Source of the DNA: an uncultured virus (IMG/VR IMGVR_UViG_3300036945_000802) | Taxonomy: Duplodnaviria > Heunggongvirae > Uroviricota > Caudoviricetes | Reading direction: 5' to 3' (one strand) | IMG/VR virus record: IMGVR_UViG_3300036945_000802 | DNA: 64,000 nucleotides | Shown: piece by piece, positions 56,372 through 64,000 of the stretch | Layout: each line of letters opens with the position of its first letter | Position numbering within the stretch: position 1 is the stretch's first letter | The notes under the pieces: generated by a model | What the model was told of the DNA's origin: nothing | Seen by the model: the letters and a program-made list of their open reading frames with translations, nothing else | The model's database searches: none | Translations under genes and position numbers: made by a program

Positions 56372-57493
56372 ATGTCAGTATTCAAATTAAAAAGTAAAAG
56401 TCATTTAGAATCACCAATGTTTTTCGGTGAATCAGTAGATATCGCAAGATATGATAGTGTTAGATATCCGCAAATGGAAAAGATTACTGATAAACAATTA
56501 GGTTTCTTTTGGAGACCAGAAGAAATGGATCTATCAAAAGATAGTAAAGACTTCCACTCTTTAAATGAATTTGAACAACACATCTTTACGTCAAATCTAA
56601 AACGTCAAATTCTATTGGACTCAGTGCAAGGTCGTTCACCGAACCTTGCATTTTTACCTATGGCATCTGTACCTGAACTAGAAGTAATGGTAGAAACGTG
56701 GGCATTCTTTGAGACCATTCACTCACGTTCATATACCCACATCATTAGAAACATCTATGCAAATCCTTCGAAGATCTTCGACGAGATTAAAAGCATTCAA
56801 CCAATTTTAGATTGCGCACATGATATTTCAAAGTATTATGACGAGTTCATTTCTTATTCTCGTTACTACGAACTCTTAGGCGTTGGTGTGCATACAGTTA
56901 ATGGTGAAACAATTACTATTGACATGTATGAATTAAAGAAGAAGTTATTCTTATGCCTAATGAGTGTATACATACTCGAAGGTATTCGCTTCTATGTTTC
57001 ATTCGCATGTTCATGGGCATTCGCTGAACTAAAGAAGATGGAAGGCAACGCCAAAGTAATTAAGTTTATTGCGCGTGATGAGAATACACACTTAGCAGCA
57101 TCAACATCTATCATTCGCTCATTGATTAAAGATGATAAAGATATTGAACGTATTCGTCAAGAAACAGAAAAACAAGTTAACGATATGTTTGTAGCTGCTA
57201 TCGAACAAGAAAAAGAATGGGCAAAATACTTGTTCAAAGATGGTTCTATGATTGGTCTAAACGAAAAGCTATTAGGTGATTACGTCGAATGGATCGGTTG
57301 CCGTCGTATGCGTGCTATGAACTATCATTGTCCATACACAGTATCACAATCAAATCCATTGCCATGGACTGAGAAGTGGATTGGTGGTGGTAATGTTCAA
57401 GTTGCTCCGCAAGAAACAGAGATTACAAGTTATATTACTGGTGGTGTCAAGCAAGACGTCACAGCAGAATCGATGAAAGGCTTATCACTATGA
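56372..57493 (+). CDS. nrdB: Ribonucleotide reductase class Ia beta subunit
   Basis: FFWRPEE, ETIHSRSY, EGIRFYVSF, RDENTH and VAPQETE. Confidence 0.97.
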   Translation: MSVFKLKSKSHLESPMFFGESVDIARYDSVRYPQMEKITDKQLGFFWRPEEMDLSKDSKDFHSLNEFEQHIFTSNLKRQILLDSVQGRSPNLAFLPMASVPELEVMVETWAFFETIHSRSYTHIIRNIYANPSKIFDEIKSIQPILDCAHDISKYYDEFISYSRYYELLGVGVHTVNGETITIDMYELKKKLFLCLMSVYILEGIRFYVSFACSWAFAELKKMEGNAKVIKFIARDENTHLAASTSIIRSLIKDDKDIERIRQETEKQVNDMFVAAIEQEKEWAKYLFKDGSMIGLNEKLLGDYVEWIGCRRMRAMNYHCPYTVSQSNPLPWTEKWIGGGNVQVAPQETEITSYITGGVKQDVTAESMKGLSL

Positions 57494-57723
57494 TTATAGT
57501 TTATTCAAAGAAAGTATGTCCTAATTGTGTTCAGGTAAAACAAATGCTTGAATCTAAAGGCATAAAATATGTTGAAATAGATATTGAAACAAATGCAGCA
57601 GGACGTGATGTATTAGTTGAACATGGTTTACGTTCTGTCCCACAAGTATTTCACGGTGAAAAGCACATCGGTGATCTACAAAAAACCAAAACATGGTTAG
57701 AACTAAAAGAACAGACGCTATGA
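57490..57723 (+). CDS. nrdC: Glutaredoxin
   Basis: CPNC and RSVPQVF. Confidence 0.88.
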   Translation: MIIVYSKKVCPNCVQVKQMLESKGIKYVEIDIETNAAGRDVLVEHGLRSVPQVFHGEKHIGDLQKTKTWLELKEQTL

Positions 57724-57911
57724 CAAAAATTACAAATGAATGTGTATCGTGTGGAGTTGAATCCACTATTGAATTCGATGCAGAAAACGTAGATAACCAA
57801 CCAGAATATTGTCCATTCTGCGGGTCGTCATATATAGAAGAGGAACTAGAGGATGATCTAGACCTTCTTAAGAATGGCGGATTCGACGATGACATGGATA
57901 TACAATGGTAA
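57720..57911 (+). CDS. Zinc-ribbon protein
   Basis: CVSC...CPFCG with an acidic tail. Confidence 0.65.
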   Translation: MTKITNECVSCGVESTIEFDAENVDNQPEYCPFCGSSYIEEELEDDLDLLKNGGFDDDMDIQW

Positions 57912-58317
57912 GCCTTACGAACTAGGCGAACAAACACACAAAGAAGTTTATGGCTTCGTTTATCTCATCACGTGCCTGAAGACAGGTAAGTTGTATGTAG
58001 GTAAGAAACTATTTTGGTCAAGCAGAACTAAAGTAGTTAAAGGTAAAAAGAAAAGACTTAAAGTAGAGTCAGATTGGAAGACATACTTCGGATCAAATAA
58101 GGTTCTGTTAGAAGAACTTAAAACTAATGGCGAAGAGAACTACAAGCGAGAAATCCTGCATCTATGTGCAGGAAAAGGCGAATGTAATTACTTAGAAGCA
58201 CATGAACAGTTTACACGCAACGTGTTGACTAGCGAACAATATTATAATGATTGGATAATGGTTAAAGTGCATAGAGCTCACATTAAAGGTTTACAACAGA
58301 CTAAAAATGTGGTATAA
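57889..58317 (+). CDS. GIY-YIG-family endonuclease (EndoII/DenA-like position)
   Basis: YGFVYLIT...LYVGKK...LE...YYN. Confidence 0.7.
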   Translation: MTWIYNGKPYELGEQTHKEVYGFVYLITCLKTGKLYVGKKLFWSSRTKVVKGKKKRLKVESDWKTYFGSNKVLLEELKTNGEENYKREILHLCAGKGECNYLEAHEQFTRNVLTSEQYYNDWIMVKVHRAHIKGLQQTKNVV

Positions 58318-58318
58318 T
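58290..58318 (+). promoter_or_regulatory. Early/middle promoter for rnh (leaderless)
   Basis: TTTACA-N17-TATAAT; ATG 7 nt downstream. Confidence 0.78.
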
Positions 58319-58325
58319 ATAGATT

Positions 58326-59177
58326 ATGATTATCATCGACTACTCCCAAATTTCTATCGCCTCATTCTATTCTCAGCCTGGTGCAGAGCTTAGCGAGGAT
58401 TTTTTACGACACATGATTCTGAACAGCATTCGCATGTACGCTCATAAGTACAAAGGCGAATACGGTCAAATCGTTATTGCTTGTGATGGTGGTGCATCAT
58501 GGCGTAAACGTGTATTCCCGCAATACAAAGCACACCGTAAGAAAGCACGTGAAGATAGTGGAATGGATTGGAATTTATTCTTCGAGTATCTAAACTTAAT
58601 TCGCGAAGAGATTAAAGCTAACTTTCCATATAAAGTAGTACACATTCCTAGCATCGAAGCAGATGATGTGATTGCTACTCTTGTTAAAGAAACACAAGAG
58701 TTTGGTAAAGCAGAACCTGTAATGATCATCTCTTCAGACAAAGACTTTGTACAGTTACATAAATACAAAAATGTTAAACAGTTCTCACCTATCCAGAAGA
58801 AAATGGTTGCAGACCCCAACCCTCACTTATATTTGTTTGAGCATATTATTCGTGGTGATAGTGGCGATGGTATTCCTAATGTTCTCTCCGCTGATAATAC
58901 TTTTGTCGATGGTTTACGTCAGACTCCAGTCACAAAGAAAAAAATCGATGCGTGGTTAGCAGGTGCAGAGGATCTTCAAAAAGTAATGGATACAGAAACG
59001 TATCGTAATTATCAGCGCAATAAACTGTTGATTGATTTAGATCAAATTCCAAAAGAACATACTGAGAACATCATAAATACATTTGAAAATCAAGAGGTTG
59101 CTCCACGCGCTCGCATCCTCGATTACTTGATTAAAAAGCGCTGCAAGATGTTAGTAGAATCTGTCCAAGAGTTTTAA
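58326..59177 (+). CDS. rnh: T4 RNase H-like 5'-3' exonuclease
   Basis: WRKRVFPQYK, EADDVIA, SSDKDF and GDSGDGIPN. Confidence 0.94.
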   Translation: MIIIDYSQISIASFYSQPGAELSEDFLRHMILNSIRMYAHKYKGEYGQIVIACDGGASWRKRVFPQYKAHRKKAREDSGMDWNLFFEYLNLIREEIKANFPYKVVHIPSIEADDVIATLVKETQEFGKAEPVMIISSDKDFVQLHKYKNVKQFSPIQKKMVADPNPHLYLFEHIIRGDSGDGIPNVLSADNTFVDGLRQTPVTKKKIDAWLAGAEDLQKVMDTETYRNYQRNKLLIDLDQIPKEHTENIINTFENQEVAPRARILDYLIKKRCKMLVESVQEF

Positions 59178-59180
59178 TAT

Positions 59181-59615
59181 ATGGCAAAAAAATTATTAGT
59201 TACTGAGATGTTAGAATTAGTAGGTAAAGCAGAGTCTCGCAAAGAGAAGCTTGAACTTCTACAAAAATTCAACTGTCTTGAACTTCGTGATATCCTCAAA
59301 GGCGCATTTGATGATACAGTGCAGTTCTTACTTCCTTCAGGTATTCCACCAATTGATGAGAAAGAAAAGAAACTATACGACAAGACTCGTCTAATGTCAG
59401 AGACAAAAAAGTTTAGATATTTTGTCAAAGGCGGACCAGGTGAACAAGTCAATCGAGTACGTAGAGAAAAGATGTTCATTGATATTCTTTATAGGATTGA
59501 TAGCAAAGAGATCCCATTAGTATGCCATATGAAAGATAAAACTTTAGATGGTGTGTATAAAGGATTAACGAAAAAACTTGTGGCAGAAGCGTTCCCAGGA
59601 CTCATCATTAGATAA
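59181..59615 (+). CDS. Conserved hypothetical protein
   Basis: FLLPSGIPP, RREKMFIDIL and KKLVAEAFP. Confidence 0.7.
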   Translation: MAKKLLVTEMLELVGKAESRKEKLELLQKFNCLELRDILKGAFDDTVQFLLPSGIPPIDEKEKKLYDKTRLMSETKKFRYFVKGGPGEQVNRVRREKMFIDILYRIDSKEIPLVCHMKDKTLDGVYKGLTKKLVAEAFPGLIIR

Positions 59616-59651
59616 ATAACTGTATGAGTGTATCATACACAATTTAACACG

Positions 59652-59687
59652 GCGGACCAAGTCTTAATTGACTGTGGTCCGTTTTTC
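59652..59687 (+). terminator. Hairpin with T tract
   Basis: GCGGACCAAGTC-TTAATT-GACTGTGGTCCGT followed by TTTT. Confidence 0.55.
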
Positions 59688-59767
59688 ATTCCCACAGGAG
59701 AACTTTATAGCAAATATTCTATATCATGCGATTTGACAACCTTAAAATTTAACCGTTAGGAGAACAG

Positions 59768-59935
59768 ATGGTTCCTTCCCAATTAGAAAAATTAAAAAAA
59801 GATTCAAGAGAGCTCGAGCATTGTATAGCGCGAATGAAAAAGGAGGGTCGAAGCGACAAAGTAGGTCAGCTTCAGATGAAGAAACAGCAAGTCGATAGTT
59901 ATATCGGCAAAATCGCAGAAGAATATTTCCACTAA
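59768..59935 (+). CDS. Hypothetical 55-aa coiled-coil protein
   Basis: AGGAG SD; MVPSQLEKLKK. Confidence 0.6.
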   Translation: MVPSQLEKLKKDSRELEHCIARMKKEGRSDKVGQLQMKKQQVDSYIGKIAEEYFH

Positions 59936-59956
59936 AGGCAGGTGATCCATATCTCG

Positions 59957-59983
59957 GCACGGGGGACTTCGGTCCCCCGTGTT
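59957..59983 (+). terminator. UUCG hairpin terminator
   Basis: GCACGGGGGAC-TTCG-GTCCCCCGTGT. Confidence 0.75.
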
Positions 59984-60020
59984 CGTTCCCCAGCATGAAA
60001 AAATATTTTCAAGGGGCCTA

Positions 60021-60049
60021 TGTACAAGCGAGAAAAACCGTGGTATAAT
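60021..60049 (+). promoter_or_regulatory. Early promoter (leaderless)
   Basis: TGTACA-N17-TATAAT; ATG 6 nt downstream. Confidence 0.8.
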
Positions 60050-60055
60050 AGATCT

Positions 60056-60391
60056 ATGCTGATCTATACTAATCAAACATCTAAAACTCGCAAACGCAAA
60101 CCAACTGCTAAGCAGCGCGAACTGCAAGCTTCATGGGAAGCGTTAGTCAAAAAGTACGAGCCTAAAAAACCGCTCAAAGCAGTCGTTAAAGCTACACCGC
60201 TTAAAGCATACGTACGCGAAACACCGCACTATCCTTCTCTAAATAGTGGCTATCATGATTGCAGCAAAAAGCAACAACATCAATATACCGGTGACAAGAT
60301 GATTGGCATTGGTACACTTCACAAGTCAAACGCAGTGCCTGTATTCAGCAGCGATGATGCTAAAGAAATCAGCAGAATGCGAAGAGGCTAA
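60056..60391 (+). CDS. Conserved basic hypothetical protein
   Basis: YTGDKMIGIGTLHKSNAVPVF...ISRMRR; start reassigned because the track start lies inside the promoter. Confidence 0.72.
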   Translation: MLIYTNQTSKTRKRKPTAKQRELQASWEALVKKYEPKKPLKAVVKATPLKAYVRETPHYPSLNSGYHDCSKKQQHQYTGDKMIGIGTLHKSNAVPVFSSDDAKEISRMRRG

Positions 60392-60510
60392 TTCTCCAGT
60401 TTTTTTCCAAGTCGAAATAGCGTGGGGGTCACCCCGGGCCCCCTAAACGCTCCCCAGATGAGGCCCCCAGATAATAGTCTACCGTTTTAGTCAAGTAAAA
60501 AGTCCAATGA

Positions 60511-60523
60511 AATCAATAACTTG
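60511..60523. promoter_or_regulatory. IHF-consensus site
   Basis: AATCAATAACTTG matches WATCAANNNNTTR. Confidence 0.5.
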
Positions 60524-60532
60524 CAAGGGCTA

Positions 60533-60560
60533 TGTACAAATCCTGCAACTATGGTATAAT
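60533..60560 (+). promoter_or_regulatory. Early promoter
   Basis: TGTACA-N16-TATAAT; leader identical to 37310. Confidence 0.78.
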
Positions 60561-60591
60561 AGATCCATAAATTGAAAAAAGGACAAAATAT

Positions 60592-60975
60592 ATGATGATC
60601 GTTATCGCTACTCAAGACTATGAAAATTACGCAGCACACCAAGGCTTTACTGGTGATTTTTACTGGAAAGCCAAAGGTGGTTCAGAATTCAAAATCGTTG
60701 GTGTACCACAAAATGTGGATATCGACGAAGTAGTCGAAATGGCACGTGACGGCATCGAACGCAACGATGAGTACTTTCAAACTAACATTCTTGGTTATGA
60801 TTTAAAGTCAGATGACTATTTGAGTTGGTTCGAAAAGTCTCAACTTGACTATGAAGGCAGCATCACCTTCAAAGAACCTGTGATCGAGTATAGTGATTTA
60901 GTTGCACGTTATACAGATCCAATGGAATACGCAGAAATGTGTGCTGACAACGATGCAACTTATTATGGAGCTTAA
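60592..60975 (+). CDS. Hypothetical early protein
   Basis: TQDYENY...YWKAKGGSE. Confidence 0.7.
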   Translation: MMIVIATQDYENYAAHQGFTGDFYWKAKGGSEFKIVGVPQNVDIDEVVEMARDGIERNDEYFQTNILGYDLKSDDYLSWFEKSQLDYEGSITFKEPVIEYSDLVARYTDPMEYAEMCADNDATYYGA

Positions 60976-60976
60976 T

Positions 60977-61204
60977 ATGAGAAATTATAAAGGCGTTGAA
61001 TATAACGATCGTCATGGTGGTCCATTTGATCGTGGAAGTGCAGATAGTTGGTATAATCGTGGTGTTGATCCACACTACTATGTTGGTGATACACATACAA
61101 CCACTAGAATTGATTTGGTTGATATGAGTAAAAAAGAGATAGAAGACTATCTTGCAGGTTACAATTATAATGAAGAATTTGGTGGAAAAAAGGAGTACGA
61201 TTAA
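60977..61204 (+). CDS. Hypothetical protein
   Basis: GGAG SD; HGGPFDRGSADSWY...YLAGY. Confidence 0.68.
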   Translation: MRNYKGVEYNDRHGGPFDRGSADSWYNRGVDPHYYVGDTHTTTRIDLVDMSKKEIEDYLAGYNYNEEFGGKKEYD

Positions 61205-61410
61205 TGTTAGTGTATTGTGATTATATTATGCATCGCATTCGTAGAGAATTGCTTTTAGCTCTTAATGACTACATGGCTCCAGTTAAAATGGACTCTGTTG
61301 GTCCAACTCAATTTGATGTTGATGAAACTGGTGCTTTTGTGTCACCTAAAAAGACTCTGATCGTTAAGATTGCTGACAAGTCATATCGTGTAACTGTTGA
61401 AGAAGTTTAA
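61204..61410 (+). CDS. Hypothetical protein
   Basis: AAGGAG SD; TAATG overlap. Confidence 0.6.
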   Translation: MLVYCDYIMHRIRRELLLALNDYMAPVKMDSVGPTQFDVDETGAFVSPKKTLIVKIADKSYRVTVEEV

Positions 61411-61420
61411 GGAGAATATT

Positions 61421-61801
61421 ATGGGTTTGGATATGTACGCTTATCGCGTTAAGAAAGAATATGCAGTAAATGATTTTGAGTTCAACTCAGATCAAGATCC
61501 TGCAGAAGATTTAGCTTATTGGCGTAAGTTCAATGCATTGCATGGTTGGATGGGAAATCTCTACAAAGATCGTGGTGGTCCAAAGCAAAGCTTTAATTGT
61601 GCACCTTTGCGACTTCATCCAGAAGATCTGGATCAGCTCGAAGAAGATCTCAATAATAATGCTTTGCAACCTGTGTCAGGATTCTTCTTTGGAGAACAAG
61701 AGATTTATCCTGAAGATGTAGAATCGACCAAAGCATTTATTAGAGATGCACGTCAAGCACATGCAGATGGTTTCGATGTTTATTATGATTCATGGTGGTA
61801 A
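61421..61801 (+). CDS. Conserved hypothetical phage protein
   Basis: MGLDMY...YWRKFNALHGW...GFFFG...YYDSWW. Confidence 0.72.
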   Translation: MGLDMYAYRVKKEYAVNDFEFNSDQDPAEDLAYWRKFNALHGWMGNLYKDRGGPKQSFNCAPLRLHPEDLDQLEEDLNNNALQPVSGFFFGEQEIYPEDVESTKAFIRDARQAHADGFDVYYDSWW

Positions 61802-61802
61802 T

Positions 61803-62015
61803 ATGATACGAGAAAAACAAGTACGAGAATATGTGATCGATCTAACTGGTCCAGAAGGTAATGCGTTTTGTCTAATGGGACATGCACGTAAACTTGCTAA
61901 ACAACTTGGATTGAATGGTAATGATATCATCAATGAGATGACGAGCGGAGATTATGAGAATCTCCTTCAAGTGTTTGATCGTAATTTTGGTAATTATGTA
62001 GTATTGGAAAGATAA
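61803..62015 (+). CDS. Hypothetical protein
   Basis: IDLTGPEGNAFCLMG...SGDYENLL. Confidence 0.68.
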   Translation: MIREKQVREYVIDLTGPEGNAFCLMGHARKLAKQLGLNGNDIINEMTSGDYENLLQVFDRNFGNYVVLER

Positions 62016-62440
62016 TGGGAATTCGTTGGATTGAGAACGCTAGTAAACAAGATGTAGCATTGGGATTTCACATGGATGCTGGTACCAATGCCATGCTTAT
62101 TCGTATTCAAGATCCAGCGACAGAATTTGGTAAAATCAAACATGCACACATGTTTAAAGAAGTTTATGAGTTCGAATTCTTAGATGCTGAAGATGCTGAT
62201 GGCTTTGAAGATGAATGCAAAATTAGTGACGAACAAGCACAACAGCTGGTAAATTTGTTGCAACATGCATTAGATCGCTCTATGAATGTAGTTGTACATT
62301 GTCATGCAGGAATCTGTCGTAGCGGTGCAGTAGTTGAGGTTGCTTCTATGATAGGATTTACTCCAGTTGATAAGTATAGACAACCAAATCTTCGTGTTAA
62401 ACATAGAATGATGAAAGTATTAGGATTGACGTATGACTGA
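62015..62440 (+). CDS. Cys-based (PTP/DSP-like) phosphatase
   Basis: VHCHAGICRS CX5R motif. Confidence 0.8.
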   Translation: MGIRWIENASKQDVALGFHMDAGTNAMLIRIQDPATEFGKIKHAHMFKEVYEFEFLDAEDADGFEDECKISDEQAQQLVNLLQHALDRSMNVVVHCHAGICRSGAVVEVASMIGFTPVDKYRQPNLRVKHRMMKVLGLTYD

Positions 62441-63011
62441 TTTTATTACAAGCGATATCCACTTTGGACATAAGAACATTATGTCGTTCTGTCCTGTTAC
62501 GCGTGCACGATTTAAGAACGATGTAGATTTTATGAATGAAGAGATCATTCGAGAGTGGAACCAAGTTGTTACACCTAGAGATCATACATATATTTTAGGT
62601 GATGTAGCATTCTGCAATGTAGAAACGGCAGTTAAGTTTATGAAACGTTTAAACGGTTCTAAGACTTTGATTATTGGTAATCACGATAAAAAGTTAATCA
62701 AGCAACGTGAATTCCAAGACTGTTTCATTGATTGGCAAGACTACTACAGCATTAATGTTAATGGTACTAAAGTCATTATGTTTCATTATCCTATTTCAGA
62801 ATGGGATCAAATGCATCGTGGTTCTGTACATCTGCATGGACATGTGCATGGAGGTCCAAATAGTTTAGAAGGTTCACGTGCACTTGATGTCGGAATGGAT
62901 GCAACTGGACAAGTAGTAACTCGCTTAGATGTTATGGTTGAGCGAGCTTTAAAAGGTGGAATTCGTGCACACCATCAAGGGCATGTACAGCAGGATAAAA
63001 ACAGAGTATAA
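62433..63011 (+). CDS. Calcineurin-like metallophosphoesterase
   Basis: SDIHFGH, LGD, GNHD and HGHVH. Confidence 0.88.
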   Translation: MTDFITSDIHFGHKNIMSFCPVTRARFKNDVDFMNEEIIREWNQVVTPRDHTYILGDVAFCNVETAVKFMKRLNGSKTLIIGNHDKKLIKQREFQDCFIDWQDYYSINVNGTKVIMFHYPISEWDQMHRGSVHLHGHVHGGPNSLEGSRALDVGMDATGQVVTRLDVMVERALKGGIRAHHQGHVQQDKNRV

Positions 63012-63012
63012 T
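62984..63012 (+). promoter_or_regulatory. Early/middle promoter (leaderless)
   Basis: TGTACA-N17-TATAAT; ATG 6 nt downstream. Confidence 0.72.
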
Positions 63013-63018
63013 ATACCT

Positions 63019-63303
63019 ATGAATGATTTATTAAAACCTACATTGGAATGGATTCGAGATGACTGGAATAGCGGCAAGCTTCGTTTTATTATTGAGTTGT
63101 TGGCTTGGGCTATTAGTATTGGTTGTGCGATTGCCATGGCTCTTACTGTACCCAATCCTCCACTACTTATTCTTTATCCTATCTGGATTACTGGTTGTGC
63201 TCTCTATGCTTGGGCTGCTTATACTAGGAAATCAGTTGGGATGTTGGCTAACTACCTCTTGCTTGTAACTATTGATATCATTGGTTTGCTTAGGATGCTA
63301 TGA
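63019..63303 (+). CDS. Three-TM membrane protein
   Basis: Hydrophobic segments; start MNDLLKP placed after the promoter. Confidence 0.68.
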   Translation: MNDLLKPTLEWIRDDWNSGKLRFIIELLAWAISIGCAIAMALTVPNPPLLILYPIWITGCALYAWAAYTRKSVGMLANYLLLVTIDIIGLLRML

Positions 63304-63506
63304 CATATGTCAAAAATTTCTTAAAATGGTGTCTACTTATTGGAGGCATGATTTTTTGGTTTACAGTTATTGTTACAATTGCAACTTTAGCACCTGAAGA
63401 AAGAGTGTATGATTGTACTATAGCAGAAATTTCACCTGACTTTCCAATTGAAGTAAAAGAAGAATGTAGGAGATTACGAATTGTCAAACGAACAACAGAA
63501 GTTTAA
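63300..63506 (+). CDS. Small membrane-anchored protein
   Basis: TM segment, then YDCTIAEISPDFP..VKEECR. Confidence 0.62.
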   Translation: MTYVKNFLKWCLLIGGMIFWFTVIVTIATLAPEERVYDCTIAEISPDFPIEVKEECRRLRIVKRTTEV

Positions 63507-63765
63507 ACATAGCGAACGTCTCCATCAAAAAGAGACTAAGCTAGAAAATAAGATGAGACTGGCAAAAGAGTATCATCATGAACATGCATTAAAAAATCCT
63601 CACAAGTATCATAAAGCATCATTGTTTAATTGTGGAAATGCAGATTGTGTTATGTGTATGAATCCACGTAAAGCATTCGGCGAAAAAACTATGCAAGAAC
63701 GTAAATTTGATCAGAAAGAAAAGTATGACGGAAGAACGACAGATGGTGATGCAAGCAGTTCTTGA
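63481..63765 (+). CDS. Hypothetical protein with Cys cluster
   Basis: AGGAG SD, TTG start; CGNADCVMCMNPR. Confidence 0.6.
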   Translation: MSNEQQKFKHSERLHQKETKLENKMRLAKEYHHEHALKNPHKYHKASLFNCGNADCVMCMNPRKAFGEKTMQERKFDQKEKYDGRTTDGDASSS

Positions 63766-63883
63766 AGGAACTCTTGATGCAAGTTATGTAACATTAGAAG
63801 AACTGCAAGAAGTTGAAGAAACTATTTTTGAATTGATTGCAGATAGAAAAACCCCGTTTCAAACACATGAGACTTTACAATAA
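63725..63883 (+). CDS. Hypothetical acidic protein (52 aa)
   Basis: MTEERQMVMQAVLEG; fills the gap. Confidence 0.45.
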   Translation: MTEERQMVMQAVLEGTLDASYVTLEELQEVEETIFELIADRKTPFQTHETLQ

Positions 63884-64000
63884 TGGATAGCGATTTTATA
63901 AAATTAGATTTACTTTGCGGCGATTTACAAGGACAGATTAATGATTTATACCGCAAATGTGTTAAACTAGAAGCAGAGAATAAAATGTTGCAACAAGAAT
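63883..64000 (+). CDS. Hypothetical protein, 3' truncated
   Basis: TAATG overlap; frame open to the window end. Confidence 0.45.
   Translation, partial: MDSDFIKLDLLCGDLQGQINDLYRKCVKLEAENKMLQQE

Noticed and set aside
22936..57493. Introns or inteins in gp43, gp41, uvsX, nrdA, nrdB
   Set aside because: The ORFs are continuous and of normal length
61050..61057. GGTATAAT as a promoter
   Set aside because: Encodes WYN inside a gene and has no family -35 at 17 nt
6745..63012. Recurring TGTACA...TGTGGTATAAT units as CRISPR repeats or mobile-element ends
   Set aside because: Dispersed singly upstream of genes with -35/-10 spacing; they are promoters
2349..63487. Minus-strand ORFs in the track (e.g. 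20039-20488, 35153-35644, 40041-40412)
   Set aside because: Almost all are antisense shadows of well-supported + strand genes, with no recognisable motifs

Overview
This 64 kb window is a segment of a T4-like (gp23/gp20/gp43-type) myovirus genome, AT-rich and coded almost entirely on the + strand. Order: tail sheath/tube, head genes (gp20, 67/68-like, 21, 22, 23), gp3, uvsY, uvsW, gp55, gp47, gp46, peptide deformylase, a VWA-peptidase/AAA+ pair, gp45, dsbA, gp44, gp62, regA, Hsp20, gp43, a nucleotide/DNA-modification block, uvsX, gp41, thyX, a class II aldolase-fold gene, early small ORFs, a late block of putative head-packaged proteins, possible spanins, nrdAB, glutaredoxin, a GIY-YIG nuclease, rnh and more early small ORFs. 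Two candidate systems stand out. (1) A T4 gp42-type dCMP hydroxymethylase sits next to two aGPT-Pplase/amino-acid:DNA-transferase-like paralogues, an SGNH-motif protein and a fold-type-II PLP enzyme, with no glucosyltransferase in the window. This suggests a non-sugar hypermodification of 5-hydroxymethylcytosine. (2) About 11 kb of late genes carry T4 capsid-targeting-like N-termini and repeated gp21-type cleavage sites between small modules, which suggests protease-processed, head-packaged polyproteins. The non-coding signal includes about 19 TGTACA/TTTACA-N17-TATAAT promoters (several apparently leaderless, one antisense), two pseudoknotted leaders, a ROSE-like thermometer and candidate overprinted genes. 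All family calls come from motif recognition by eye; no database search was run. No tRNA, rRNA, CRISPR array, intron or intein was recognised.
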